A stretch of 64,000 nt of DNA from Candidatus Saccharimonadales bacterium (GCA_025449905.1 JANWIN010000011.1:724-64723), one strand, 5' to 3'; positions 9,481 through 17,591 are shown, counted from the first letter of the stretch. Translations and numbers: made by a program. Notes: generated by a model not told the origin, from the letters alone.

Positions 9481-9636
9481 CTTTGCATTTAAGTATTCTA
9501 GTAGGCGGCAATGAAGCGCGCAGTGAGGCGTACAAGCTGTACGGTGAACGAGCACTGCAATTGATAACAACGTAGAACACCAAAAGCACCAGCGGGGTTC
9601 GAGCTGCGCTCGAAAGCAGGCTGGTGCGGTGCAAAG
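9481..9636 (+). repeat. Structured repeat family, copy G
   Basis: Closing helix CUUUGCA/UGCAAAG, GGCGGCA box, P1 GCAGUG/CACUGC, CGUAC-AAGCU-GUACG hairpin, and second domain CACCAGC-GGGG-UUCGAGC-UGC-GCUCGAA-AGCAG-GCUGGUG. Confidence 0.6.
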
Positions 9637-9794
9637 CTCAAATTAAAAAGCTGAGAAGTCAGTGTGACAACCTGTAATATTGATTACAGGTGGGTGCTCT
9701 CACGAATTGGCCACGGCCAGTTCAAATCTTGAGCTCCCCAATGATAAGTATTCAGATTATCATTTATGGCTTCCCAGCCTAACTACATTATAGC

Positions 9795-10412
9795 TTAAGT
9801 TATAAATCTTAGAATAGCTTCATCGATATTAACCAGTAAGTCTGTAAATTGGGGTACCAATAATATTAAGCCAAAGACAACAAATATGCCAAATTGCTCA
9901 AGCTGGGCCATTACATTCTGCAAAGCCTCAGGGGCGAAAGCATAAAGCACCCGTGAACCATCCAGGGGTGGTATAGGTATCATATTAAACACAAACAGCG
10001 CAACGTTAAGCTGAACGAAGGCGTGAATCCATAGATAAGTATTACTGATAAGGCTAGGGTTTAAAATATTTAAGAAAAGCGCTGATAAAATAGCCAAGAC
10101 CAAGTTTGTCAGCGGCCCGGCAACGGCAATTAAAGCGGCACCAAATTCCTCGTATTTAACTCGGTTTGGATTAAAGGGTACCGGTTTGGCTGCCAGTATC
10201 GGAATGCCGAAGGCTATAGTGGTAATAATCGGTAAAATCAGCGTGCTAAACGGATCAATATGTTTAAGAGGATTAAGGCTTATACGGCCTTCTAGTTTAG
10301 CGGTGTCATCACCTAGCCAGTAACCTGTGAAAGCATGCATGGCTTCGTGTATGGTTATGGAAATCAGCAGGGCCAAGATAAGCACAACTAAGTTTGTTGT
10401 ATCTAAATCCAT
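9795..10412 (-). CDS. Site-2 protease family (M50) membrane metalloprotease
   Basis: 205 aa, multi-TM, with the HEAMHAF zinc motif. Confidence 0.75.
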   Translation of the reverse strand: MDLDTTNLVVLILALLISITIHEAMHAFTGYWLGDDTAKLEGRISLNPLKHIDPFSTLILPIITTIAFGIPILAAKPVPFNPNRVKYEEFGAALIAVAGPLTNLVLAILSALFLNILNPSLISNTYLWIHAFVQLNVALFVFNMIPIPPLDGSRVLYAFAPEALQNVMAQLEQFGIFVVFGLILLVPQFTDLLVNIDEAILRFIT

Positions 10413-10473
10413 TAGCCCAGTATAGCTTATTTATAGTTGACTCTAACGGTTAAAATCAGTAAAATAACACCTT

Positions 10474-10665
10474 ATGCAAAAGAGTGATTTAACCGGCAAG
10501 GGCAAGCAGTTTGGGCACAACGTTAGCTTTTCTCAGCGTCACACCCAAAAAGTTTGGAAACCCAACCTACAGACCAAAACTGTTGAGATTAATGGCCAAA
10601 AGCATAAATTTAAATTAAGTACTCAAGATATACGAACCCTGAAGAAAAAAGGTCTCTTAAAGTAG
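10474..10665 (+). CDS. rpmB: 50S ribosomal protein L28
   Basis: 63 aa, GHNVSFSQRHTQKVWKPNLQ pattern. Confidence 0.88.
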   Translation: MQKSDLTGKGKQFGHNVSFSQRHTQKVWKPNLQTKTVEINGQKHKFKLSTQDIRTLKKKGLLK

Positions 10666-10667
10666 CG

Positions 10668-11294
10668 TTATTGTCTCTCTAAGACAATTAACTGAGCGGT
10701 ATCAGTCAGTTCAGCCAGTTTTACTTTAAGCTTGGCGGCTTTTTGATGAACCTCCATGGCCAATCCTGTGGTGGCTTCTTCCAGGCTCTGCAAGCTTCCG
10801 GGGTACTTCATGGCCTTGTCGGCGTAATAAGTTGGAATGATTACTCTTGGTTCAACTTTTTTAACTATTTTCAGGGCTTCTTGGCCGCTTAAGGTAAAGT
10901 CCGAGTCGCCAACCGGCACTACCATAACGTCAACCGGCCCAATAGCTTCTACTTCCGGATCTGTTAGCTCCGGATAGATATGACCGGTAACTAATAGTCG
11001 AACATCTTCGGCGGTGATTTTATAAATAATAGCTGATTTTTGCTTTGGTTCATCGCCGTGCGCCCGAGTAGCGATACCGTGCACAGAAACCCCTGAAACT
11101 TCATATTCTCCGGGGCTATCAATATTAAGCTTGGTGTCAGCCGCGTGTGGCTTCAGATCAGCGGTAAATAGAGCTACTGCACCCTCCTTAGTGACTGATT
11201 TGAGGCCAAGCTCAGTTAAATTATCATCAACTATTAAGGTAGCTTTTTTTGTATTTATTCTTAGGCAATTACCCCCGAAATACTCAATCTCCAT
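10668..11294 (-). CDS. MBL-fold (UPF0173-like) metal-dependent hydrolase
   Basis: 208 aa with MEIEYFGGNCLRI... N-terminus and beta-lactamase-fold-like pattern. Confidence 0.5.
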   Translation of the reverse strand: MEIEYFGGNCLRINTKKATLIVDDNLTELGLKSVTKEGAVALFTADLKPHAADTKLNIDSPGEYEVSGVSVHGIATRAHGDEPKQKSAIIYKITAEDVRLLVTGHIYPELTDPEVEAIGPVDVMVVPVGDSDFTLSGQEALKIVKKVEPRVIIPTYYADKAMKYPGSLQSLEEATTGLAMEVHQKAAKLKVKLAELTDTAQLIVLERQ

Positions 11295-11300
11295 ATATTT

Positions 11301-11903
11301 TTAGCCCTCACCGCTTAATAAGTTAGCTTTATCAATCAAAATTTGTTTTTTGGCATCCATTACGACACCTAAAAATCGATCATTAATCTGCAAACGATAA
11401 TTAAATTCATCTAGAGGCATAACAGCGTAGCGTATTTCTTTACCCTCTTTTTCTTCCAGCTCATTTATAAATTTTGTCAGTTTAGATTGGTTAATGTCGC
11501 CGACTATTACAAAATCTACGCCACTGGTCTCATCTCGAGTAAATTGACCGGTGTAAAGTGCCAGTTCAATGTTGCCAAGCGCCAATAAGTCTTGGTTTTG
11601 AACACTTTGCGGTTCGTCCTTTTTTGTACCTTTCTTCTTTTTTGTGGCAACACCACCGAAGATAGCCGACAACGGCCCATAATATTCATACGACTGATTA
11701 ACTTCATAGTACAGCCGGTTATTGGTGTTTTCCGAAGAAATAATTCCAATACTTAATAAGTTAGCCAGTTCGCGGCGAACCGAGTTAATTTGCTCATCAA
11801 TCTTTCTGGTAATTTCTCGAACGTAAAAAGAGCGGTTAGGATTGCTATAAAATAGCTGTAGCAGCTTTACCCTCGTCTTGGAACCAAATAGTTGCTCAAC
11901 CAT
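11301..11903 (-). CDS. Winged-helix (ArsR-like) transcriptional regulator
   Basis: N-terminal LFGSKTRVKLLQLF...YVREITRKI...NSVRRELANL wHTH. Confidence 0.55.
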   Translation of the reverse strand: MVEQLFGSKTRVKLLQLFYSNPNRSFYVREITRKIDEQINSVRRELANLLSIGIISSENTNNRLYYEVNQSYEYYGPLSAIFGGVATKKKKGTKKDEPQSVQNQDLLALGNIELALYTGQFTRDETSGVDFVIVGDINQSKLTKFINELEEKEGKEIRYAVMPLDEFNYRLQINDRFLGVVMDAKKQILIDKANLLSGEG

Positions 11904-11940
11904 GACAATATTGTATCAGAATATAATGCTTATGTAGATG

Positions 11941-12711
11941 TTATTTGTTCAAGAACGTTGTAACTAACTCTACAGCTATCTCTCTGTCATTTAGCCAGTG
12001 AATACTTTTGTTTCGCTTAAACCAAGTCATTTGACGCTTGGCTAGGGCTAAGTCATTGGCTTCGAATAATCTTTTTGCTTGCTCTAGGCTAATTTCCCCC
12101 TTTAGGTATTTTATTAAAGGTTTATAGCCTGGAGCATTAAAGGCTTCAGTATTTGGACCATATTTATCAAGCAGTTTGCTTGCTTCATCAATAACTCCTC
12201 GTTTAATCATTTCCTCAACCCGCTGATGAATTCTAATCTTTAAACTATCCCTATCAATGTCGAGTCCAAGGATAAGAGTGTTGGATCGAAGTTGCTGTTT
12301 TGTGCCCGGAGTTAGGCGATGTCTGGGGTTCTCAGGGTCATTGCCGCTCTTGGGGTTAAAATCATAATCAAAAAGTATACTGTCAACATAAAGGCCGCTG
12401 CCGCCTGCTAAAATTGGCAATTTACTGCGACTATGGATACTTTTTATAGCTTCTTGAGCTAATTTTTTAAATTCACTGGCATTAAACTTCTCATCCGGTT
12501 TTTTGATATCAATTAAATGGTGTTTGACCGTCGCCTGCTCTTCTTCGGTCGGTTTGGCAGTGCCAACATCCATGCCTCTGTAAACCGTTCGTGAATCAGC
12601 ACATATAATTTCGCCGTTAAACTTCATGGCAATATCTATAGCCAGAGCCGACTTTCCGCTAGCCGTCGGACCAACAATAACTAGTAGCGGCCCTATTTTT
12701 GAGGCCACCAT
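11941..12711 (-). CDS. miaA: tRNA dimethylallyltransferase
   Basis: P-loop GPTASGKSALA, then DSRTVYRGMDVGTAKPT and HHLID motifs. Confidence 0.88.
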   Translation of the reverse strand: MVASKIGPLLVIVGPTASGKSALAIDIAMKFNGEIICADSRTVYRGMDVGTAKPTEEEQATVKHHLIDIKKPDEKFNASEFKKLAQEAIKSIHSRSKLPILAGGSGLYVDSILFDYDFNPKSGNDPENPRHRLTPGTKQQLRSNTLILGLDIDRDSLKIRIHQRVEEMIKRGVIDEASKLLDKYGPNTEAFNAPGYKPLIKYLKGEISLEQAKRLFEANDLALAKRQMTWFKRNKSIHWLNDREIAVELVTTFLNK

Positions 12712-13007
12712 AACAATTTTTCTATATCCACCTGGTAATCTTTAACTTTAACGCCTTCGGCCTCTAAAACTTGCCTGTGGCCCTCTACACCACCCGGAAA
12801 GCCGGTAGCTAGCTTACCGTCCTTATGAACAACTCTCTGCCAAGGCAGGCTTTCATCACCCCAGTGGGCAACCCCGCCAACAATCCTCGCCGCCCGCGGT
12901 TGGCCACACAACGCCGCAATCTGCCCATAGGTCATAACTCTGCCCTTGGGTATTTGAGCCACAAGTTTATATACTTGTTCTTTAAATTTATTGCTTGGTT
13001 TCTTCAT
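12693..13007 (-). CDS. Alkyltransferase-like protein (ATL; MGMT DNA-binding domain without catalytic Cys)
   Basis: 104 aa with the MGMT fold, but PWQRVV replaces the PCHRV active site. Confidence 0.7.
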   Translation of the reverse strand: MKKPSNKFKEQVYKLVAQIPKGRVMTYGQIAALCGQPRAARIVGGVAHWGDESLPWQRVVHKDGKLATGFPGGVEGHRQVLEAEGVKVKDYQVDIEKLLWWPQK

Positions 13008-13290
13008 CTACTGGCCTGCCACCTACTCGAGGTTCAGCTAATTGATCTAAGCTTCCTGCCCCTACGCAGGCATCAAAATAAACAGCCAGAGCATCTTCAA
13101 GTTGCCAACCAGCCTCTAAACGGGTTGAACCCATTGTGCCTACATTTAGTTCAGGGACCCAAACCTCATACTGTTTTGTTTCGGGATCAAACGAATAACA
13201 AACTGACCAAGGTTTTTGAAGATAAGTATCTACGAGAAATTCGGTTTCAGTATCGGGTTGTTGAGGTTCTAACTCAGGTGCTTCTGACAT
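12988..13290 (-). CDS. Hypothetical; HicB/UPF0150-like fold suspected
   Basis: 100 aa. The pattern YEVWVPELNVGTMGSTRLEAGWQLEDAL resembles HicB-type antitoxin N domains. Weak call. Confidence 0.3.
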   Translation of the reverse strand: MSEAPELEPQQPDTETEFLVDTYLQKPWSVCYSFDPETKQYEVWVPELNVGTMGSTRLEAGWQLEDALAVYFDACVGAGSLDQLAEPRVGGRPVDEETKQ

Positions 13291-13299
13291 TAAACTCTC

Positions 13300-14592
13300 C
13301 TATAGGGAAGTTTTGCTGGCGCGAGATTTGGCTTCTTCAGCTAGAGAATGTAAGAATTCTTCGGCATCCATACTAGCCCTAGTCTCTTTGGTCGCTATAT
13401 CCTTCCGGATTCTAGGCGTTAGCTTGCCAGATTCTATCTCTTTTTCACCAATCACCACCGTATATGGTACCTTCATAACCTCAGCACTACGAATTTTCTT
13501 GCTTACAGATTCATTTGAATTATCAACTTCTACTCTAATCCCCAGTTCTTTAGCCTGTTCAAGTATCTGATTAGCAAATTTAACAGTTGCTTTTTCTTGG
13601 TTTACGGTCAGTAATCGGATTTGCTCTGGCGCCAACCACAGCGGAAAATGACCCCTAGTGTGTTCTAGGTAAACTGATAAAAACCTCTCAAACGACCCTA
13701 GTAAGGCTTTATGTATCATAACTATCGGTTTCTCGCTGCCGTCTTTATCAATATAAGTTAGACCAAACCGTTCGGGCATAACAAAATCTAGCTGTTCGGT
13801 GGCTAATTGGTGCTCTTTGCCCAAGGCCGAAACCATAATATCGATTTTGGGTCCGTAAAAAGCTGCATCGCCTTCGGCAATAAAGTAGTCTAACTCTAGT
13901 TTTTTAGCTACACCTTCTATAGTTTTTTGGGCCAAATCCCAGTTAGCTTTCTCTCCTAAATACCCGGGTCCATTGTCGCGAAACGACAACCTAGCCCTAA
14001 ATTTTAGGTCAAATACCCCATACAACTCCTTGATCATTGACATAATGCTGGCGAATTCTTGGTCAATTTCATCTATCCTACAAAAAATGTGGGCATCGTC
14101 TATAGAAATAGAACGAACCCGTGATAAACCATTTAGCTCGCCCTTTTTTTCATCTCTGTATTGGATGGTATTTTCAAAATATCGGATCGGCAGTTCGCGG
14201 TAACTGCGCGGGCGGCTACTGTATATCTGTATATGATGCGGGCAATTCATGGGTTTTAGAACCATTTCGTCTTTGGTCTCTTGGCTTTTAACTAAAAACA
14301 GCTCGTCACCAAACTTATCCCAGTGTCCGGATGTCTTATAAAGCAAGTCCTTAGTAATATGCGGAATAGCTACCTTTTGGTAGCCATTTTTACGCTGTAA
14401 TTCTTCAGAAAAGCCCAGCAACTGATCACGCAACACTGTCCCCCTGGGCGTAAATAGCGGTAAGCCTGAACCAACTAGGTCAGAAAACACAAACAAGTCT
14501 AGTTCTTTACCGAGTCTACGGTGGTCATTTTCACTCAGTTTATCTGTCTCTTCCATATTGAGATTAATCATAACACTACCGACGAAGCTCAT
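13300..14592 (-). CDS. thrS: Threonyl-tRNA synthetase, catalytic core plus anticodon-binding domain only
   Basis: Class II motifs are present (DHRRLGKELDLF, FRDEKKGELNGLSRVR, GFERF-like). The track start at 14652 would translate through a terminator hairpin, so I place the start at ATG 14592, with alternatives at 14571 and 14556. Confidence 0.85.
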   Translation of the reverse strand: MSFVGSVMINLNMEETDKLSENDHRRLGKELDLFVFSDLVGSGLPLFTPRGTVLRDQLLGFSEELQRKNGYQKVAIPHITKDLLYKTSGHWDKFGDELFLVKSQETKDEMVLKPMNCPHHIQIYSSRPRSYRELPIRYFENTIQYRDEKKGELNGLSRVRSISIDDAHIFCRIDEIDQEFASIMSMIKELYGVFDLKFRARLSFRDNGPGYLGEKANWDLAQKTIEGVAKKLELDYFIAEGDAAFYGPKIDIMVSALGKEHQLATEQLDFVMPERFGLTYIDKDGSEKPIVMIHKALLGSFERFLSVYLEHTRGHFPLWLAPEQIRLLTVNQEKATVKFANQILEQAKELGIRVEVDNSNESVSKKIRSAEVMKVPYTVVIGEKEIESGKLTPRIRKDIATKETRASMDAEEFLHSLAEEAKSRASKTSL

Positions 14593-14638
14593 AAAATAGA
14601 AAAACCGCTTAAACACTCTCGCAATTGTATTTAAGCGG
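14593..14638 (-). terminator. Intrinsic terminator/attenuator in the thrS leader
   Basis: 12-bp stem CCGCUUAAAUAC/GUGUUUAAGCGG, then UUUUUCUAUUUU directly before the thrS ATG. Confidence 0.6.
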
Positions 14639-14836
14639 CGGCTTCTCGGCAAGTAAAACTACTCACAAAACTTCACCTGGTAGAACCTAGCATAGCATAC
14701 TGGTACTATCAGGCTAGTATTAAAGTATTGTTAATAATACATGGTTCTCTGGGGACAATGGGGATAACTCCAGTTAAACTCATATATGGTATATGTTCTC
14801 TTTTTGGTCTCTATTTGCTATGCTTACCCCTGTAGT

Positions 14837-14913
14837 GGGTATGTAGCTCAGTTGGCTAGAGCGCCACATTGACGTTGTGGATGTCGGGGGTTCAAGTCCC
14901 TCCATACCCACCA
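14837..14913 (+). tRNA. tRNA-Val (GAC)
   Basis: Acceptor GGGUAUG/CAUACCC, anticodon loop UUGACGU, T-loop UUCAAGU, encoded CCA. Confidence 0.92.
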
Positions 14914-14941
14914 TTTTATTATGCTTAAGGTGGTAAACTTA

Positions 14942-14970
14942 TTGACTATTGCGTACTTTTATGTTAACAT
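14942..14970 (+). promoter_or_regulatory. Candidate promoter of the sRNA candidate
   Basis: TTGACT (14942-14947), 17-nt spacer, TAACAT (14965-14970). Confidence 0.4.
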
Positions 14971-14977
14971 AAGCGAG

Positions 14978-15191
14978 TTAAATGGGAGGCACTCAATACG
15001 AGTACCACTAAACCTAGTGCGCTTAGTAGCTTTCAGCTTTTCTACGAAGAACTGAACTCCGCTAAGCAAACTGGTCGCATCAGGCGAATCCGTCCCGCGG
15101 CGATCAGCAAATTAGTTTAACAGAGGTGGTGAGATAAAATAGACGGAGAGACCCAGCTGGTTAAAACTAACAAGCTGGGTTTTTGCTTTTT
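14978..15191 (+). ncRNA. Candidate small RNA of unknown class
   Basis: No ORF in the region. It is bounded by a promoter-like element and a strong intrinsic terminator. Internal helices include GCUUAG/CUAAGC, CUGGUCGC/GCGAUCAG, and long-range UAAAC/GUUUA plus ACCAC/GUGGU. Confidence 0.45.
15151..15191 (+). terminator. Intrinsic terminator
   Basis: ACCCAGCU/AGCUGGGU stem followed by UUUUUGCUUUUU. Confidence 0.75.
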
Positions 15192-15246
15192 AACTGCCCT
15201 TCTAGGCCATTTATAGCCCGCTGCAACGGTTTTTAACATCCTTATG

Positions 15247-16884
15247 CTATCTTCGTATCATCTTGGGTATAACGGCCTTTTCGGTAACGTCAAAAGTACC
15301 GATATAACGCCTAAAGGCCAAGTGAGTCTGCGAGTTAATCGCTGCCACCGAGTTAAAAATCACGCCTACTACCGGAGTCAGCACCCACTGCCAGAAAAAG
15401 CCAAAGATTCGGATGCGCTTGTGGTGAGGTGGTCGTTGCGGCAGAGTGGCCAGACCGATGTAAACCATAAATAACAGAGCTAGGATGCCTATGGTGTTAA
15501 TGCTGCTAACAAAATTCGGCAGCAGTTGGGTGGCGATAAGTTGGTCGGAGTTTTTAGTTAAATACAGGGGTATCCAGCCCGATAATAAGATAAGTGGCGC
15601 AGAGGTTGCCCATCCTACGTGAGACTCAATCAGCCGGCCAAACTTAGGCAGTAGATCGCGCTTAGAAATATTGTTTTTCGTAAAAAACCCTCTGGTGGCC
15701 ACGTAGGCGATGTCAGATGCTCCGTAAGTCCAGCGTCTTATCTGTTTAAACTGGGCAATGGTGGTTTTTTTTCTACCGCCAGCGTAGACCGCATCCTGAT
15801 AAATCGGCGCATAAATTGGCAATACTTCATGTTTGCCGTCGTAGCGAAAATAGGTTCGCCAAAATTGATGCCCATCCTCGACTATTGTTCTGACACTCCA
15901 AAAGTCGGTATCTATTAGGGCGTCCAGGCTTTGGGCGTGAGCCGAAAAGTTCCTAAGCGCATGAAGGCGCATCGAGTTGGCGGTGTGGAAATAGGTATTG
16001 GAAATAGCGCATATGCGCATAATTGCCGGCACATCCCAGATATTATTGTTATACATTGCTGTTGGCTGGTAAGACTTATGTTTGCGATCTTCGGCCGATA
16101 AATAAACATAAGTTAGGAGTGAGAAGAAGTTTTTATCCGGGCGGTTATCGGCATCTAGGGTTGTTACCAGGACTCTAGAGGGGTCAATGCCCTTTCTCTT
16201 AACCAAACGAGCTAAATGCCGACCGGCGTTGGTAGCATTTGCACCCTTGCCCGGCAATTCGCCTTCCACCAGCTTGTGCTCCACGGCTTCAGCGTGAAAG
16301 AACTTCTTTTTATATAGATTAATTGTCTCCAGAGTCTCTTTTTTCTTCTGCTGGCCTGCCCGTTCTTCATAGGCAATTAAAAGAATTGTTTTGCGCTCGT
16401 CAAAGCCGTTGGAACTAATAACATGCTCAACTGACGGGTGAAGAATAGCTTGAGACTCGTTGTAGGTAGCAATAATTACGGCGTGAAATACTTCATCCGG
16501 CAGCATATCAATATGATTGCCGGCTACCAGCCGCTGCATATTACGGATATGCCCTTTTATCAGAGTATTTTTGGCCCGCTTGTGGCGCTCATAGGCGTCT
16601 TCTGGCTTATAAAAATCTTGTAGCAGTGATTCCCAATTAACCTTGCGAGCTTTTTTTATGTTGCCGTATCCCTCTACCACCCGGACTGACATGGCTGTGG
16701 CCCGAATAAGCAAGATTAGAATGTAGGCGATGATGAAAAAGGCGGCGGCAGTGACGTAAAAAATGCTCAAGATTATTGGAATCAAGAAAATAGTCAGCGA
16801 CAAAAGTCCGGGGAATATCTCAAAAAACCGATAAATACCGTGGCGATCTTTGGGATACGGTATTTCTATGTTTTGAATATTCAT
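15247..16884 (-). CDS. Processive family-2 glycosyltransferase (cellulose/chitin-synthase-like), multi-TM
   Basis: 545 aa with TLDADNRPD, a QxxRW motif (FKQIRRWTYGA), and N- and C-terminal TM helices. Confidence 0.7.
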   Translation of the reverse strand: MNIQNIEIPYPKDRHGIYRFFEIFPGLLSLTIFLIPIILSIFYVTAAAFFIIAYILILLIRATAMSVRVVEGYGNIKKARKVNWESLLQDFYKPEDAYERHKRAKNTLIKGHIRNMQRLVAGNHIDMLPDEVFHAVIIATYNESQAILHPSVEHVISSNGFDERKTILLIAYEERAGQQKKKETLETINLYKKKFFHAEAVEHKLVEGELPGKGANATNAGRHLARLVKRKGIDPSRVLVTTLDADNRPDKNFFSLLTYVYLSAEDRKHKSYQPTAMYNNNIWDVPAIMRICAISNTYFHTANSMRLHALRNFSAHAQSLDALIDTDFWSVRTIVEDGHQFWRTYFRYDGKHEVLPIYAPIYQDAVYAGGRKKTTIAQFKQIRRWTYGASDIAYVATRGFFTKNNISKRDLLPKFGRLIESHVGWATSAPLILLSGWIPLYLTKNSDQLIATQLLPNFVSSINTIGILALLFMVYIGLATLPQRPPHHKRIRIFGFFWQWVLTPVVGVIFNSVAAINSQTHLAFRRYIGTFDVTEKAVIPKMIRR

Positions 16885-16896
16885 CGATCTAATCAG

Positions 16897-17250
16897 CTAG
16901 CGCAGGACCAGTAGCGCATTACTGACAATAATAGCTAGAACGATTAACAGCGTACCAAGGGCTAAAATTCCAACCCCGAAGTGGCGGTTAAATTGATAAG
17001 CGCGCAGCCCCAATATAGTGTTAAGGCCTAGCACCATAATGGCGAAAATTATAAAGGCTATTAAAGATGATGTGCCGCCGGTTTTAAAATCATCTATTCC
17101 GCCACTGCCCCGAAATTCTACAATATAGCCGTTTACGCGGCTGTCTAGACGAAGCAAAATTAGCAGTCCGCATAAAGCAGTCAAAAAACTGTTGACTGTT
17201 AAAAGTAGCAGAACCTGTCTGTCATGTAAAAATTTCTTTTCTGTTTGCAT
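16897..17250 (-). CDS. Small 4-TM membrane protein, unknown function
   Basis: 117 aa, hydrophobic. Located 12 nt upstream of the GT2 gene on the same strand. Confidence 0.5.
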   Translation of the reverse strand: MQTEKKFLHDRQVLLLLTVNSFLTALCGLLILLRLDSRVNGYIVEFRGSGGIDDFKTGGTSSLIAFIIFAIMVLGLNTILGLRAYQFNRHFGVGILALGTLLIVLAIIVSNALLVLR

Positions 17251-17281
17251 TTATATTAATTCTACACCTTGTTTGAAGTTT

Positions 17282-17358
17282 TGGCGGGCCCGACCGGATT
17301 TGAACCGGCGATCTCCTCCGTGACAGGGAGGCGTGTTAGGCCACTACACTACGAGCCC
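17282..17358 (-). tRNA. tRNA-Asp (GUC)
   Basis: Acceptor GGGCUCG/CGGGCCC, anticodon loop CUGUCAC, T-loop UUCAAAU, encoded CCA. Confidence 0.9.
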
Positions 17359-17435
17359 GCAACTGTCAGATAATATCAATAACAGAGGTAAAAAGCAATT
17401 TGGCGGGCCTTTCTTTGATATAATTCAGCACAATC

Positions 17436-17512
17436 GCCACCTTAGCTCAGCTGGCTAGAGCATCACTTTCGTAAAGTGGGGGTCCGGGGTTCGAGTCCCC
17501 GAGGTGGCTCCA
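17436..17512 (+). tRNA. tRNA-Thr (CGU)
   Basis: Acceptor GCCACCU/AGGUGGC, anticodon loop UUCGUAA, T-loop UUCGAGU, encoded CCA. Confidence 0.9.
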
Positions 17513-17517
17513 GAATC

Positions 17518-17591
17518 GCGGGTATAGTACAGCGGCAGTATGTGACCTTCCCAAGGTTGAGACGCGGGTTCGACTCCCGCTACCCGCACCA
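17518..17591 (+). tRNA. tRNA-Gly (CCC)
   Basis: Acceptor GCGGGUA/UACCCGC, anticodon loop UUCCCAA, T-loop UUCGACU, encoded CCA. Confidence 0.9.

Noticed and set aside
9369-9575. Track ORF MVGVTGLEPATSRPP...
   Set aside because: It is the antisense of tRNA-Pro running into repeat copy G.
9719-9735. A 16-nt similarity between 9719-9735 (CAAATCTTGAGCTCC) and the reverse complement of 37659-37675 (AAAATCTTGAAGCTCC), considered as another repeat family.
   Set aside because: The match is short and contains an indel. Matches of this size are expected by chance among all position pairs in 64 kb of AT-biased sequence.
9640-9747. Possible tmRNA: the minus strand starts GGGGAGCUCAAGAUUUGAAC, like a tmRNA 5' end.
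   Set aside because: No T-arm (GGUUCGA-type) or complementary GCUCCCC-ACCA 3' end exists within 400 nt. There is no plausible short tag ORF ending in hydrophobic residues. A permuted layout is also unsupported, because no T-arm lies upstream.
14593-14652. thrS start at 14652 as given in the ORF track.
   Set aside because: It would translate through the 12-bp terminator hairpin and U-run, adding a non-conserved 20-aa N-terminus. A downstream ATG at 14592 or later is more plausible.
14593-14836. Calling the thrS leader a canonical T-box riboswitch.
   Set aside because: There is no recognisable T-box sequence with a UGGN acceptor-binding bulge. There are no clear Stem I distal-loop or AG-bulge motifs. 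Only the AGAGA box, the ACC-A loop and the terminator are present.
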